A stretch of 64,000 nucleotides of DNA. Source: Armatimonadota bacterium. Its GTDB lineage: Bacteria; Armatimonadota; SYMT01. The position numbers and the translations under genes were made by a program. The notes under the pieces were generated by a model. The model was not told where the DNA came from and searched no databases. It worked only from the letters and a program-made list of their open reading frames with translations. Where the stretch lies: assembly GCA_041690135.1 (NCBI GenBank), contig JAWLHY010000014.1:110150-174149 (forward strand). Direction: 5' to 3'. Below, in pieces: positions 1 to 10,165 of this stretch; the stretch's first letter is position 1; each line of letters opens with the position of its first letter.

Positions 1-192
1 CTTATCACCGCCGAAGAGCGACAGGCTTTCAGTACCACACTGAAGGAGATTGTCGCAGAGATGGGCGGAGGCGATGTGCAGCCCGTCGATCCCAAAGAGC
101 TTCGCGAGAGGATACGGGAGCATCTACGCGCGCAGGGGCTGGAAGAGAGGAACTGGTTCAGCCGGACCATCCGTGAGATGCGTGAGGAGTGA
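1..192 (+). CDS. Probable antitoxin, 5'-truncated by the window edge
   Basis: Frame +1 is open from base 1 (LITAEERQAF...SRTIREMREE*). The stop lies 1 nt before the PIN gene start. A C-terminal 'SxxIxEMREE' is typical of VapB-like partners. Confidence 0.6.
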   Translation, partial: LITAEERQAFSTTLKEIVAEMGGGDVQPVDPKELRERIREHLRAQGLEERNWFSRTIREMREE

Positions 193-193
193 A

Positions 194-691
194 GTGGTCC
201 AGGTACTCTGGGATACCAGCGCGCTCATCAAGCGCTTCCTACCGGAGCCCGGCGATGTGCTGGTCGATCGGATTTTTGCGCATGTCCCTATCGATCAGAT
301 GAGTGCCGTGTCGCTCACGATGGGCGAACTCGTTTCCGTCGTGGTTCGAGCGATGAACGCTGGCCGTCTGCGCCGGAACGAAGCGACGGCCACGCTGCAA
401 GGCATGGACCAGAGTATTGTCAATCATCCGAGCTTCGGCTGGATTGAGTGTGACGCCGAAGATATCCGGCGCTCATTGCCGTTGATCGTTCGCCATTCCG
501 TCAACGGTACGGATGCGCTGGTGTTGTGGACCGGGATGAATACAGTTCCCTGGCTCCAAACGGCAGGTAGTCCCGTTATCTTGGTTGCCTCTGATGTGCG
601 CCTGGTACGTGCCGCGCGGAAGGAAGGTTTGACCGTATTCAACCCGGAGACCGACACCGAAGCCCAGCTCGACGCACTGCTTGCGGGGTAA
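194..691 (+). CDS. vapC: PIN-domain (VapC-like) toxin
   Basis: GTG start after GAGGAG. Motifs WDTSALIK, GELVSV, TDALVL and LVASDVRL give the PIN acidic residues. The ORF-track start at 50 is over-extended. Confidence 0.85.
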   Translation: MVQVLWDTSALIKRFLPEPGDVLVDRIFAHVPIDQMSAVSLTMGELVSVVVRAMNAGRLRRNEATATLQGMDQSIVNHPSFGWIECDAEDIRRSLPLIVRHSVNGTDALVLWTGMNTVPWLQTAGSPVILVASDVRLVRAARKEGLTVFNPETDTEAQLDALLAG

Positions 692-700
692 TGTAGTCCG

Positions 701-3700
701 ATGCGCGATCCGGCCTCGGATGAATCCTATTGTGCCGTCCGGGGCGACGTTTCCGGGCGGCGGAAGCGGGGCCGCAGCGTGCTCACGGTGCGAATGCTGG
801 TCGCGCGCGTGGCGTGGCTGGACGGGCTGTTGTATTGGGAAGAGGGGCGGGTGGTCTGGGATAACGGCGACCGCCACCTGGCGCCCCGACCCGCCGACCT
901 GGCCCGTACCCAGCGGGTCTTGAACCGCCTGGAGGGTTTTCCGGTTTCCGCCCGGATCGCCCTGGGCGATAGCGCGGCGTGGCAGCGGGAACGGCGAGGC
1001 CGCCTGGAGCTGGCCAAACGCCTCGTCAATCTCCAGGAGCCGGACCTGCCTTCCCTGGTGAACCCGCGCCGCCTGCGAGAAGCGGGTACCGTGGGGCGTT
1101 TCGTCGCGATGCTGGAGGCGGAGGCCCTTTGCCTGAACTCCCTGCCGCATTCCCCCGCTACGGTCTTGCTGCAGTGCGGCCCGGCGGCCGAAGCACCGGT
1201 CACCGCTCTCATCCGGGACGAAAAAGTACCGCTTCCGGCCCGCTGCCTGGCTGCCCTGGTGCTGGGTGCGCTCCACCGGGCACGACCCGAGCGTGCTCCC
1301 GGAGAGGACGAGATCCGGCCGGCCGAGAGTCTTCCCACCCTGCGGCGGGCCTACCGGTGGGGGAGGGCGCATGGTCTCCCTCGTGAGCCGGCTCTGGCGG
1401 TGGGACTGCTGGTCGAGGAGCAGGGGAAAGGGTGGCTCCGCCGGGCCCTCCAGGCCCTCGAATCCCGTTCCATTCTGGGGTTGCCCGTGGAGTTGATCCG
1501 CGAGCTGCTCGCCCGGGGAGAGCCGGCGGAGCGGGTGGTCCGGCTGATGGAAGTCGCCGCCGGCACGGAGCGGCTGTCGGACCGCCTGCTGCATCAGCCC
1601 GTTGTCGCAGACCCCGAGTCGCCGTTCCTCACCGTCACCAACGCGGAGAGCCGCCGGGAAGCGGCCCTGCATCTGGCCGCGCTCCTGCACGAATGGATGC
1701 GGGAGACCCCCGATCCGGAGTTGCTGGCGAGCGCGACTCGGTGGATGGGGCGCATGCTGGACCTCTGCCCCCTCTTCCCGGCCCTCACGGAGATGATCCA
1801 CCGGGTGCTCCGTGCCGCTCGGGAACTGTCGCCGGAGCTGCGGGTGGCGTACTTACACCTGCTGGAAGAGAACCATCGGCGCCTCTGGCAGCGAGAGGAG
1901 ATGATACCGGGCTTCCCCCAGAAGCGTCCGGAGCGAGGCTTCACCTGGCTGGCCGGCATCCTGGAACGTGCCTGGTCCGAGCGGGTTCTCCTCATGCTCA
2001 AGCTGCTGCGGGCCGCGCGGTCAGCGGAGGTCGTGCAGGAAGCCCTGGACCGTGAGATCGACGGCATTCTCGCCCGGTACGAGTGGGCCACTCCGGAGCT
2101 GCTGACGCTGGCGGTAGAGATCGCGCGCGACGTGGACACGCGCGAGGCGCGGTACGTCTGGCACAGCCTCCACCCGCTGCTCCACCGTTTTCCGGATGCC
2201 CGGACTGCCCGCCGGTCGCTTTTACCCCTGCTGGAGGTTTTGCGCCCGCGCCCGGAGAATGTTCGGGAACACTTTCTCTTTGCGGTGGCGGATGGCGTGC
2301 TGGACCGGCGCAAAACCCTGGTGGACGATCTGGGCCGCCTCACTGGCTTCCTCCCCCGCTACCTCGCCTGGGACGATGCGGATCGTCAGTCCAACTGCCT
2401 CTGCGATGAAGTGATGGTCGTGGCTCGCGAGCTCTATGCGGCACTACCCGAGCACGCTGATGTCTGGCTGGATCGCCTCCTGGGGCTCATGGCGGAGCGT
2501 GCGCGGCGGGAAGAGCGCACCTGGGCGGAGGTTGGTGCCTTCAAGCATGGCTCTCTTCTGGGGCTGGCCGTCGCGGAGGGGGATGAGGGGGTCTTTCTCG
2601 CGACGGTCCGGGCCGCGCTCGACCACGGGCGGCAGCTCGATTGGCAGCCGCTGGAGAAGGTCCGAGGCGAGTTGGCCCGGTTCCCGTGGCTCCGCGAGAT
2701 GGTGGCTCGGCTCTTCCCGCTACGGACCGGCGCCTGCGCGCGGCTGTTGACCACCATCGGGCGGATCACTGCCTTCGGGCCGGGCTCCCTGTCCGCCCTG
2801 GAGCGGCTCAATGACACGGGAGACGATGCGACCGACCTCTCCCCCTCGGAAACGGCGAAATGGTCCGCGCTGCTCGATCTCGCGCCGGACCTGGCGCCGC
2901 AGGTCCGGGCCTACCGGAAAGCACGGGAAATCCGGGGCGAGAGTTGCTCGGTACCTGGCGGAGTACGTCGTGCCCTGGAGCTTCCCGAGCGCCTCCGGCG
3001 GGAGCTGGCACACCTGGAGCGGCGGTCGCAGGAGATCCCGGCCTCCCCGGAACTGACGACCCGCCTCGACAACCTCCGGAAGCGTCTGGCGGACCCGCGG
3101 AACCTCCGGTCGCAGGTGCGGACCGAGGTGGAAGAACGGCTCGTCATCGCGGTCGCGGAAGCGCGGTTGGCGGCGGGAGAGAGGCTGCTCGACGAACTCC
3201 TCCGCGCCCGTCTGGAGCAACTGGTCGGTCCGCAGCCGCCGGATTTTGTGTTGAACGAGGACCTGCGGAACGCCGCGCACCTCACGGTGGATGTCGAACG
3301 CAACCGGAAGCTTTTACGCCGCCTGCTGCGGGCGCACTTTTCAGGGGATGCCGGCTGGCGCGAGGCTCACCCCGGTAACGCCACCTTTCTGAAAGCCCTG
3401 GAGCAACAGGGAATCCGTGGCGAGAGTTGGCTGGGACGGCATCCCCGCACGTTTCGCTGGAGCGCCGCGCCCGGCGGGCGGGTGCGCCTGTGGTTGGAGA
3501 CCGATCCCCTCCGGATCCTTCAGATGGGCAACTACTTCGACACCTGCCTGAGCCTGGGGAACGGCAACTCGTTCTCCACGGTCGCCAATGCCTGCGAGCT
3601 GAACAAGCGGGTGATCTACGCCGCGGACGGCAAGGGCCGCATCGTCGGTCGCAAGCTGATCGCCATCAACGATGCGGGTCAGTTGGTGGGCTTCCGGACC

Positions 3701-3907
3701 TACACTTCGCTTGCCGACACCGAGCAGAACCGGCACCTCGGCCGCCTCTTCCGCCGCTACGTCGAGGACTTCGCCGCCGGCTGCGGCCTCGAACTGGGCG
3801 ACCGGGGGCCAGTCCTCCGCCTCTTCGCCGAAGACTGGTACGATGACGGCATCATCAGCTGGGACGAGGAGGAACAGTTGAAGGATGAAGGGCCTTCGGC
3901 CCGATGA
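701..3907 (+). CDS. Large hypothetical alpha-helical protein with a C-terminal PcfJ-like domain
   Basis: 1068-aa ORF with host-like codon bias. C-terminal 'PLRILQMGNYFDTCLS...ANACELNKRVIYAADGKGRIVGRKLI' resembles PcfJ-like domains. The true start may be near 779-794. Confidence 0.75.
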   Translation: MRDPASDESYCAVRGDVSGRRKRGRSVLTVRMLVARVAWLDGLLYWEEGRVVWDNGDRHLAPRPADLARTQRVLNRLEGFPVSARIALGDSAAWQRERRGRLELAKRLVNLQEPDLPSLVNPRRLREAGTVGRFVAMLEAEALCLNSLPHSPATVLLQCGPAAEAPVTALIRDEKVPLPARCLAALVLGALHRARPERAPGEDEIRPAESLPTLRRAYRWGRAHGLPREPALAVGLLVEEQGKGWLRRALQALESRSILGLPVELIRELLARGEPAERVVRLMEVAAGTERLSDRLLHQPVVADPESPFLTVTNAESRREAALHLAALLHEWMRETPDPELLASATRWMGRMLDLCPLFPALTEMIHRVLRAARELSPELRVAYLHLLEENHRRLWQREEMIPGFPQKRPERGFTWLAGILERAWSERVLLMLKLLRAARSAEVVQEALDREIDGILARYEWATPELLTLAVEIARDVDTREARYVWHSLHPLLHRFPDARTARRSLLPLLEVLRPRPENVREHFLFAVADGVLDRRKTLVDDLGRLTGFLPRYLAWDDADRQSNCLCDEVMVVARELYAALPEHADVWLDRLLGLMAERARREERTWAEVGAFKHGSLLGLAVAEGDEGVFLATVRAALDHGRQLDWQPLEKVRGELARFPWLREMVARLFPLRTGACARLLTTIGRITAFGPGSLSALERLNDTGDDATDLSPSETAKWSALLDLAPDLAPQVRAYRKAREIRGESCSVPGGVRRALELPERLRRELAHLERRSQEIPASPELTTRLDNLRKRLADPRNLRSQVRTEVEERLVIAVAEARLAAGERLLDELLRARLEQLVGPQPPDFVLNEDLRNAAHLTVDVERNRKLLRRLLRAHFSGDAGWREAHPGNATFLKALEQQGIRGESWLGRHPRTFRWSAAPGGRVRLWLETDPLRILQMGNYFDTCLSLGNGNSFSTVANACELNKRVIYAADGKGRIVGRKLIAINDAGQLVGFRTYTSLADTEQNRHLGRLFRRYVEDFAAGCGLELGDRGPVLRLFAEDWYDDGIISWDEEEQLKDEGPSAR

Positions 3908-4142
3908 AGATGAAGATGAGAATTAGGATCCAGCGCAAGAACGGGTGCCCTGATCAGGAGGCGGGGTCGATAAGGATAAAGATAATGAGTGCCGGTCCAG
4001 GATGGGTGCCCTGACCAGGGGCGAGCGGATGAGGACGAGGATAGGGACAATGAATTCCGCGTAAGGACGGCTTCCTTGATCGGGGGGCGGAGTGGATAAG
4101 GATAAGGACCCCGAGTAAGGACGACTTCCCTGACCAGGGGGA
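3903..4142. repeat. Four degenerate ~55-65 bp tandem units: (GATRAG)n plus a palindromic CCTGAYCAGG core
   Basis: Cores at ~3943, 4004, 4071 and 4125, each preceded by GATGAA/GATAAG/GATGAG hexamer runs. Confidence 0.7.
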
Positions 4143-4255
4143 TGGCCACGTCGCTTACGGGTACCGGTTCAGAAGACTTGCTGCTTCGACTGGGAGCTCA
4201 TCTGACTCGAAGAAGATGCTTCTGACCTCTCGCTCCTCGCCATGACGAGCGTGGA

Positions 4256-4402
4256 CAACGCCTGAATGCCCAATGCCCAACGCCCAAATGCCTTACTGCC
4301 TGAAAGCCGAACGCCTGAACACCTGACGACCTGAACACCCTCCCATCTTTCCCATCTGCGTCATCTGTGGACTCCGCCTGACCGCCTGAATGCCCAATGC
4401 CT
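4256..4402. repeat. Short tandem repeats (TGCCCAA 7-mer, CCTGAACR 8-mer)
   Basis: 'cctgaatgcccaatgcccaacgcccaaatgcc...gaacgcctgaacacctgacgacctgaacacc'. The last unit overlaps the ATG at 4397. Confidence 0.8.
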
Positions 4403-6919
4403 GATCGTCTCTTCTTCTTCCCCGTGCGCCATCACAGTCCCGCGTGCGCGCGGATGGTGCGGCGCGTGGCGGAGCAGGTAGGGCCGGACGCGGTGTTGAT
4501 CGAGGGCCCCTCCGATTTCAACGAGCGGATCTCGGAGCTGTTCCTGCCTCATCGGCTGCCCATCGCCATCTACAGCTACTTCCACGCGGAGGGTGGGCTG
4601 CGCCGGGGCGCCTACTATCCCTTCTGCGTCTACTCCCCGGAGTGGCAGGCGATCGAAGCGGCCCGGGAACTGGGAGCGGCGGTTCGGTTTATCGATCTGC
4701 CCTGGGCCGAGATGGCCTGTGAGGAGACCCCGAGCCACCGCTACGCGGACGGCGAGCTTCGCTACAGCGATTACATCGCCTCCCTCTGCAGCCGCCTGGG
4801 CGTGGACGACTTCGACGCCGTGTGGGACCTCCTCTTCGAGATCGATCCCGATCCGCCGCTGGAAGAGTTCCTGGACCGCCTCGACCACTTCTGCCGCCAC
4901 GCCCGCGAGGTCGACCGCCACGTTCCGCCCCTCGACCTTCGCCGCGAAGCCTTCATGGCGGAGCAGATCCGCCAGGCGCTGGAAGAATTCCCCGGCCGCC
5001 TCCTCATCGTCACCGGCGGCTTCCACACCAGCGCCCTCCGGGAGAGAGTGGGTAGTGGGCAGTGGGCAGAAGGCAGTGAGCTGGATGCAGAAGGCAGAAG
5101 GCAGAAGGCAGTGGGCAGTGGGGAGAAGGTTGAAGGCAGTGAGCAGAAGGCAGAAGGCAGAAGGCAGGGGGCAGAAGGCAGCGGCCCAATGCCTAACGCC
5201 CAATGCCCAACGCCTGAATCCCGAACACCCGAACATTTACCCCCCACAGGGGGGCCCGACCACCTGACCACCCGAACACCCGACCACCCGAACACCCAAA
5301 CACCTGAAGGCCTGATTCGTGGCATTTCCCTCACCCCGTATTCCTACCAGCGCCTGGACAGCATGGCGGGGTACGAGTCCGGAATGCCCAGCCCGGGGTT
5401 CTATCACCACGTGTGGGAGAACCGCTCCGGGAAAGCCGGGGGCGCCGCGTACCGGCCACTGCTCGCGCAGGTGGTCCGCGACCTCCGCAAACGCGGGCAG
5501 ATGTTCAGCGCCGCCGATCTGATCGCGGTCGAGACCACCGCCCGGGGCCTGGCGTTGCTGCGGGGTCACGACGAGGTGTGGCGGCGCGATCTGGTGGACG
5601 GCATCATTGGGGGACTGGTCAAGGAAGAGCTGGAGCACGGTGTCCTTCATCCCTTCCTCGCAGCCGTTTTCGAGGTGTTTCGTGGCAGTGAGCGTGGCGA
5701 ATTGGCGGAAGGTACCGCGCTGCCGCCCCTCGTCCAGGAGCTCAAGCGCCTCCTGCGAGACTTCGACCTGGAGCCGGAGATCCGGGAGAAGCGCCTGACG
5801 CTGGAATTGACGGAGACGGCCGACCGGGAGCGAAGCCGTTTCCTGCACCGCCTCCGGGGTCTCGGCATTCCTGGATTCGTGCGCACGGGAGGGACCGACT
5901 TCTCCCGGCGCGACGACCTCTCGCGGGTCTGGGAGGGCTGGATCGTCCGGTGGGCGCCGGAGTTCGAGGCCGGTTGCATCGAGGCCTCGATTTACGGTCC
6001 TACGCTGGAGGAAGCCACGGCGGCGCGTCTTCTCGAGCGGGCCGGCGCCATCGAGCGGGATGCCGAGCGCGCCGCCCTCCTGCTCCTGGATGCGGCGCTG
6101 ATGGGGGCGGCGGACCTCGCGGTGGATTTCCACCTCCGGCTGGCCGAGCTGATCCACGCGGACAGCGACTTCTTTAGCCTCACCCGCGCCCTCGGGCACC
6201 TGCTTTATCTGTACCAGTTCGACGAGGCCCTCGGAACCGCCGGGAACCGCAGCCTGGGGGATCTCCTCCGAGAAGGCTTCACCCGGGGGGTGTGGCTGCT
6301 GGAGGCGCTCGGCCGGGTCCAGGGCATGGAGGTCGACCTGCTCAAGGGCATGCGCGCCTTGCTGGAGACCTACGAACGGGCCGGCGTGCTGCTCGACCTG
6401 AACGGCGAGGAGTTCGTCGAGGTGCTCCACCGGGTCGGGGCCGACCGCTCCCAGAGCCCCCTCATGCAGGGGGCGGCGGCAGGGGCGCTCTGGACGCTCC
6501 GGGCGGCGGACACGGATCGGGTCCTGGAGAGCATGCGGTACTGCTCCGAGCCCTCCCGGCTGGGCGACTTCCTCACGGGTCTGTTCTACCTCGCCCGGGA
6601 AACGGCCCAGCGCCATCCGGAGCTGGTCACCAGCGTGGATACGCTCCTCACGGGCTACGCGGACGAGGCATTCCTGGAAGCCCTGCCCGCCCTTCGCCTC
6701 GCCTTTTCGTACTTCACCCCCCGCGAAAAGCACCACATGGCGCGCACCCTGCTGCAGGCGCTCGGTATCGAGGAGGCCCAGGCGGCGCTGCCGGAACTGG
6801 AGGTCACCGCCGACGTCGCGGCCCTGGTCCTGGCTGCCGAGACTCGCCTCTTCCGTACCGTTGAACGCTATGGGCTCCGACCGCACGGGGTGAAATCAGG
6901 AGGTCAGGTAGATGGATGA
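4397..6919 (+). CDS. DUF5682 family protein (YehM-like)
   Basis: N-terminal [40 protein letters not shown] and PYSYQRLD...[12 protein letters not shown] motifs. Confidence 0.9.
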   Translation: MPDRLFFFPVRHHSPACARMVRRVAEQVGPDAVLIEGPSDFNERISELFLPHRLPIAIYSYFHAEGGLRRGAYYPFCVYSPEWQAIEAARELGAAVRFIDLPWAEMACEETPSHRYADGELRYSDYIASLCSRLGVDDFDAVWDLLFEIDPDPPLEEFLDRLDHFCRHAREVDRHVPPLDLRREAFMAEQIRQALEEFPGRLLIVTGGFHTSALRERVGSGQWAEGSELDAEGRRQKAVGSGEKVEGSEQKAEGRRQGAEGSGPMPNAQCPTPESRTPEHLPPTGGPDHLTTRTPDHPNTQTPEGLIRGISLTPYSYQRLDSMAGYESGMPSPGFYHHVWENRSGKAGGAAYRPLLAQVVRDLRKRGQMFSAADLIAVETTARGLALLRGHDEVWRRDLVDGIIGGLVKEELEHGVLHPFLAAVFEVFRGSERGELAEGTALPPLVQELKRLLRDFDLEPEIREKRLTLELTETADRERSRFLHRLRGLGIPGFVRTGGTDFSRRDDLSRVWEGWIVRWAPEFEAGCIEASIYGPTLEEATAARLLERAGAIERDAERAALLLLDAALMGAADLAVDFHLRLAELIHADSDFFSLTRALGHLLYLYQFDEALGTAGNRSLGDLLREGFTRGVWLLEALGRVQGMEVDLLKGMRALLETYERAGVLLDLNGEEFVEVLHRVGADRSQSPLMQGAAAGALWTLRAADTDRVLESMRYCSEPSRLGDFLTGLFYLARETAQRHPELVTSVDTLLTGYADEAFLEALPALRLAFSYFTPREKHHMARTLLQALGIEEAQAALPELEVTADVAALVLAAETRLFRTVERYGLRPHGVKSGGQVDG
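5047..5313 (+). repeat. In-frame tandem-repeat insertion inside the DUF5682 gene
   Basis: 20 phased AGWRGGC-type heptamers (5047-5186), 4 CAAYGCC heptamers, a CCCCCC-ACA-GGGGGG hairpin and GAMCACCY octamers. Confidence 0.9.
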
Positions 6920-8045
6920 GCACAGGACCCGGTTGACCCGGTGGCGGCTGGTGCTCGGCAGTGGGACGGAAGACCTGCTGGGTGGGCTGCCCAACGAGGC
7001 TACCGAGGCACAGGATGCGTTGCTCGGCTTCCTGTACGACCGCGAGTATGGCTCCGGCCGCAACGTGCGCCAGGGTGGGTCCCGCCCGGGCTCCCTGGAT
7101 GAATCGCAGCTCACGGTCCCCGACTGGATCAACCAGGTCCACGAGCTGTTCCCCCGCAAGACGATCGAGCGCCTGGAGAAGGATGCCCTGGAGCGGTACC
7201 AGCTCGAGGAGATGGTCACCAATCCGGATCTCCTCAGCCGCGCGCAGCCCAGCCCGACCCTGCTGAAGGCCGTGCTCCGGACCAAGCACCTGATGAACCA
7301 GGAAGTGCTGGCGATGGCGCGGAAGCTGGTCCGCAAGGTCATCGAGGAGCTCCTGGAACGGCTGGCCCGTCAGGTCCAGTCCCCCTTCGTGGGCGCCGTC
7401 GACCGCCGCCGTCGCTCGTTCCTCAAGATCGCCAAGAACTTCGACGTCGAGACCACCATCCGGCGCAACCTGCGACACTATGATCCGGAGAACCGGCGCC
7501 TCTGTATCCGCACGCCCTACTTCTACTCGCGCGTGCGAAGGCAGGTGGATAAGTGGCAGATCATCATCCTGGTGGACGAGTCGGGCAGTATGCTCGATAG
7601 CGTGATCCACGCGGCGGTGACCGCCTCGATATTCTTCGGCATCAAGACCCTGCGCACCCACCTGGTCGTCTTCGATACCTCGGTGGTGGACCTCACCGCC
7701 GACTGTTCCGACCCGGTGGAGACGCTGATGAAGGTGCAACTGGGCGGCGGCACCGATATCGGGCAGGCTGTGGCCTACGCCGCTACCCTGGTGGAGAACC
7801 CCCGCCGGACCATCGTGGTCCTGATCACCGACTTCTACGAAGGAGCTCCTGTCCAGCGCCTCTTCAACGCCACCCGCCAACTGGTGGAGAGCGGCGTCAC
7901 CTTCCTGGGCCTCGCCGCCCTCGACGAGTCCGCCAACCCCACTTACGACCGGGAAGTCGCCGGCCGGATGGTTCAGCTCGGAGCCCATGTCGCCGCCATG
8001 ACGCCGGGGGAGCTGGCGGATTGGGTCGCGGAGAAAGTCCGGTGA
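6912..8045 (+). CDS. VWA domain protein (YehP/CoxE-like)
   Basis: N-terminal RWRLVLG, MIDAS motif LVDESGSM, LGGGTDI, VLITDFYEG. Overlaps the upstream stop. Confidence 0.92.
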   Translation: MDEHRTRLTRWRLVLGSGTEDLLGGLPNEATEAQDALLGFLYDREYGSGRNVRQGGSRPGSLDESQLTVPDWINQVHELFPRKTIERLEKDALERYQLEEMVTNPDLLSRAQPSPTLLKAVLRTKHLMNQEVLAMARKLVRKVIEELLERLARQVQSPFVGAVDRRRRSFLKIAKNFDVETTIRRNLRHYDPENRRLCIRTPYFYSRVRRQVDKWQIIILVDESGSMLDSVIHAAVTASIFFGIKTLRTHLVVFDTSVVDLTADCSDPVETLMKVQLGGGTDIGQAVAYAATLVENPRRTIVVLITDFYEGAPVQRLFNATRQLVESGVTFLGLAALDESANPTYDREVAGRMVQLGAHVAAMTPGELADWVAEKVR

Positions 8046-10159
8046 TGCGCTCTGACCTCCTCCACCTAACTGAAGATGACCTCGTAACTCTGGCCAACCG
8101 GGGCCTGGTGAAACGGGCGACCCGTGAGATCGAGGCGGGGCAGCCATCGTTCGAGGTGAGCGAGGATGACCAGGGAAATGTGACCGTCCGCTGGTCGGAT
8201 GGGGTGGAGACGGTGCTTCCCGCGGGAGTTGCGCTTGCCGACGCGCGGTGCAGTTGCCCGGCGGTGACCCTGTGCGTCCACCGCGTCCGTGCGGTCCTGG
8301 CCTACCAGCGCAGCGCTTCGGCCGGGGGAGAGGAGTTGCCGGCGGAGCCCGTCAGCGGCGGTGGCGTCGAGCCGGTCCCGGAGACGGCCGTGGAATCGGG
8401 ACAGGAACCGTTCGCGGAAGCTTCTGCCGTACAGCCGCCGGGTGGGGAGCCGTGGGATCCCGGCACGATCCCGGATGAAGAGCTGGCCCGCCACTTCTCA
8501 AAAGTGTCCCTGGCCCGTTCGCGCCGGGAGTTCGACCAGGGGCACGTGGTGGAGCTGGTCCGTAGTGCCAAGCCGTCCGCCCGTATTCATTCTCTCTCCT
8601 GCACCGTCCGTTTCCTGGTGCCCGGCAACCCGGCGTACACGCACTGCGACTGCGCCGAGAAGGCACCCTGCAGTCATGTCCCCCTCGCGGTCTGGGCCTT
8701 CCGAATGCTGGAGGCAGAGAGACCCGGAGGGTTGTTCTCCACGCATAAGGAGATCCTGGCGGTTCCCATGGATCTCCTCGATCATGTGGAGCGCTTCCTC
8801 CTCGACCTGGCGGACGCGGGCATCTCCGGCGCCCCTCAGGCGCTGATGGACCGCTGCCGCCGGCTGGAGATCCGCTGCCGGGAGGCGGGCCTGGTCTGGC
8901 CGGCCGAGATCCTGGCGGAGTTGCTCCAGCAGCATGAATGCTACAGCACCCACGACGCGCGTTTTTCACCGGTGCGCGTGATGGAGCTGGTGGGCGAGCT
9001 CTGTATCCGCGCCGACGCTATCCGCAGCGACACGGGGGCGGTGCCGCAGCTCTTCATCCGGGGGGCGGCCTCGGACCGGGTGACGGAAATGGGCAAGTCG
9101 CAGTTGACCGGGCTCGGCTGTGGAGCCCGCTTCTACCGGGGCGGGGTCGAGGTAGCCGCCTACGCCCAGGATGAAAAGACCGGCTCGGTCGTGGCGATCA
9201 GCCGGGACTTTCCGAACCCGGCCCCGGACTCCGGCTCCGCTCCTCGCGACCTGTGGCAACTGGGCCAGTTTGCTGTGCTCTCCGGAGGCTCTTTTGCCGC
9301 GCTGGGCCGGGGACGCCTCCAGATCGAGGGCGGGAAACGCACCCCCAGTTACCGCTTCTCGGTAGGCCGGAACCGGGCGCAGGTGAACCCCTACGCCTTC
9401 AACTGGGAGTCGCACCTCCGGCCTCCCCTGCTGGCGGAGAGCTTCAGCGAGCTGGCCACGCGGCTGGCTGCGCTGCCCCCGGCCTCCCTGCGGCCCCGGC
9501 GGGTCACCGAGGATCTCCACGTGCTCCCGGTCCGGGCGGTGGCGGCCGCGGAGTTTTCGGAGCCGGACCAGGAGGTGCGCGCCATCCTGCTCGATGCGGC
9601 TGAGAACCAGGCGCTGCTGCTCCATCCCTACACCTCGCGCGGGAAAGAAGGCGCCGAGGCGCTCCTCGCCACGCTTACCCACCGGGGCACGAGCGTGCGC
9701 TTTGTCGCCGGTCACGTCCGCCCGCGGGGAGCAGGCCTGGTCATCCACCCGATAGCCCTGGTGTTGGAAGAGGAGAAGGGCCGCACCATGCTCCAGCCGT
9801 GGGTGGACCGGTTCGATCAGGGTGCCGAGTTGCCCCCGCCGGAGCCGGAGGAAGATGAGCTCCCGGGGCCGGTCGAACCGTGGCGGCATTACCTGCGCCA
9901 TCTGGGCGATGCACTGGGGGAACTACTCCTGGTGGGCCTCCGCCGGGCGGACGGTCACTCGGCGCGCGTGTGGGGTGAGCTCTACCGCCACGGCGCGGGG
10001 CTGGGCTTTGTCCGGTTCGTGGAGCCGGTCGAGCGGCTTGCAAGTCTGCTGGCGGAGAAGGAGCGGACGCTCCACTGGGAGAAAGGTTCTGCCGCGGCTG
10101 TATCCCTGCTGCATGCCGCCGTGCTGACGCAACTGGCCCAGGAAGAGCTGATCGCCTGA
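8045..10159 (+). CDS. SWIM zinc-finger protein (YehQ-like)
   Basis: ANRGLVKRA start. Two SWIM motifs (CSCPAVTLCVH, CDCAEKAPCSH). TGATG coupling to the VWA gene. Confidence 0.88.
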   Translation: MRSDLLHLTEDDLVTLANRGLVKRATREIEAGQPSFEVSEDDQGNVTVRWSDGVETVLPAGVALADARCSCPAVTLCVHRVRAVLAYQRSASAGGEELPAEPVSGGGVEPVPETAVESGQEPFAEASAVQPPGGEPWDPGTIPDEELARHFSKVSLARSRREFDQGHVVELVRSAKPSARIHSLSCTVRFLVPGNPAYTHCDCAEKAPCSHVPLAVWAFRMLEAERPGGLFSTHKEILAVPMDLLDHVERFLLDLADAGISGAPQALMDRCRRLEIRCREAGLVWPAEILAELLQQHECYSTHDARFSPVRVMELVGELCIRADAIRSDTGAVPQLFIRGAASDRVTEMGKSQLTGLGCGARFYRGGVEVAAYAQDEKTGSVVAISRDFPNPAPDSGSAPRDLWQLGQFAVLSGGSFAALGRGRLQIEGGKRTPSYRFSVGRNRAQVNPYAFNWESHLRPPLLAESFSELATRLAALPPASLRPRRVTEDLHVLPVRAVAAAEFSEPDQEVRAILLDAAENQALLLHPYTSRGKEGAEALLATLTHRGTSVRFVAGHVRPRGAGLVIHPIALVLEEEKGRTMLQPWVDRFDQGAELPPPEPEEDELPGPVEPWRHYLRHLGDALGELLLVGLRRADGHSARVWGELYRHGAGLGFVRFVEPVERLASLLAEKERTLHWEKGSAAAVSLLHAAVLTQLAQEELIA

Positions 10160-10165
10160 ACTCCC

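Noticed and set aside
3903-4142. Possible mini-CRISPR (~60-bp period)
   Set aside because: The conserved core is short and degenerate, and the intervening sequences are related hexamer runs, not unique spacers.
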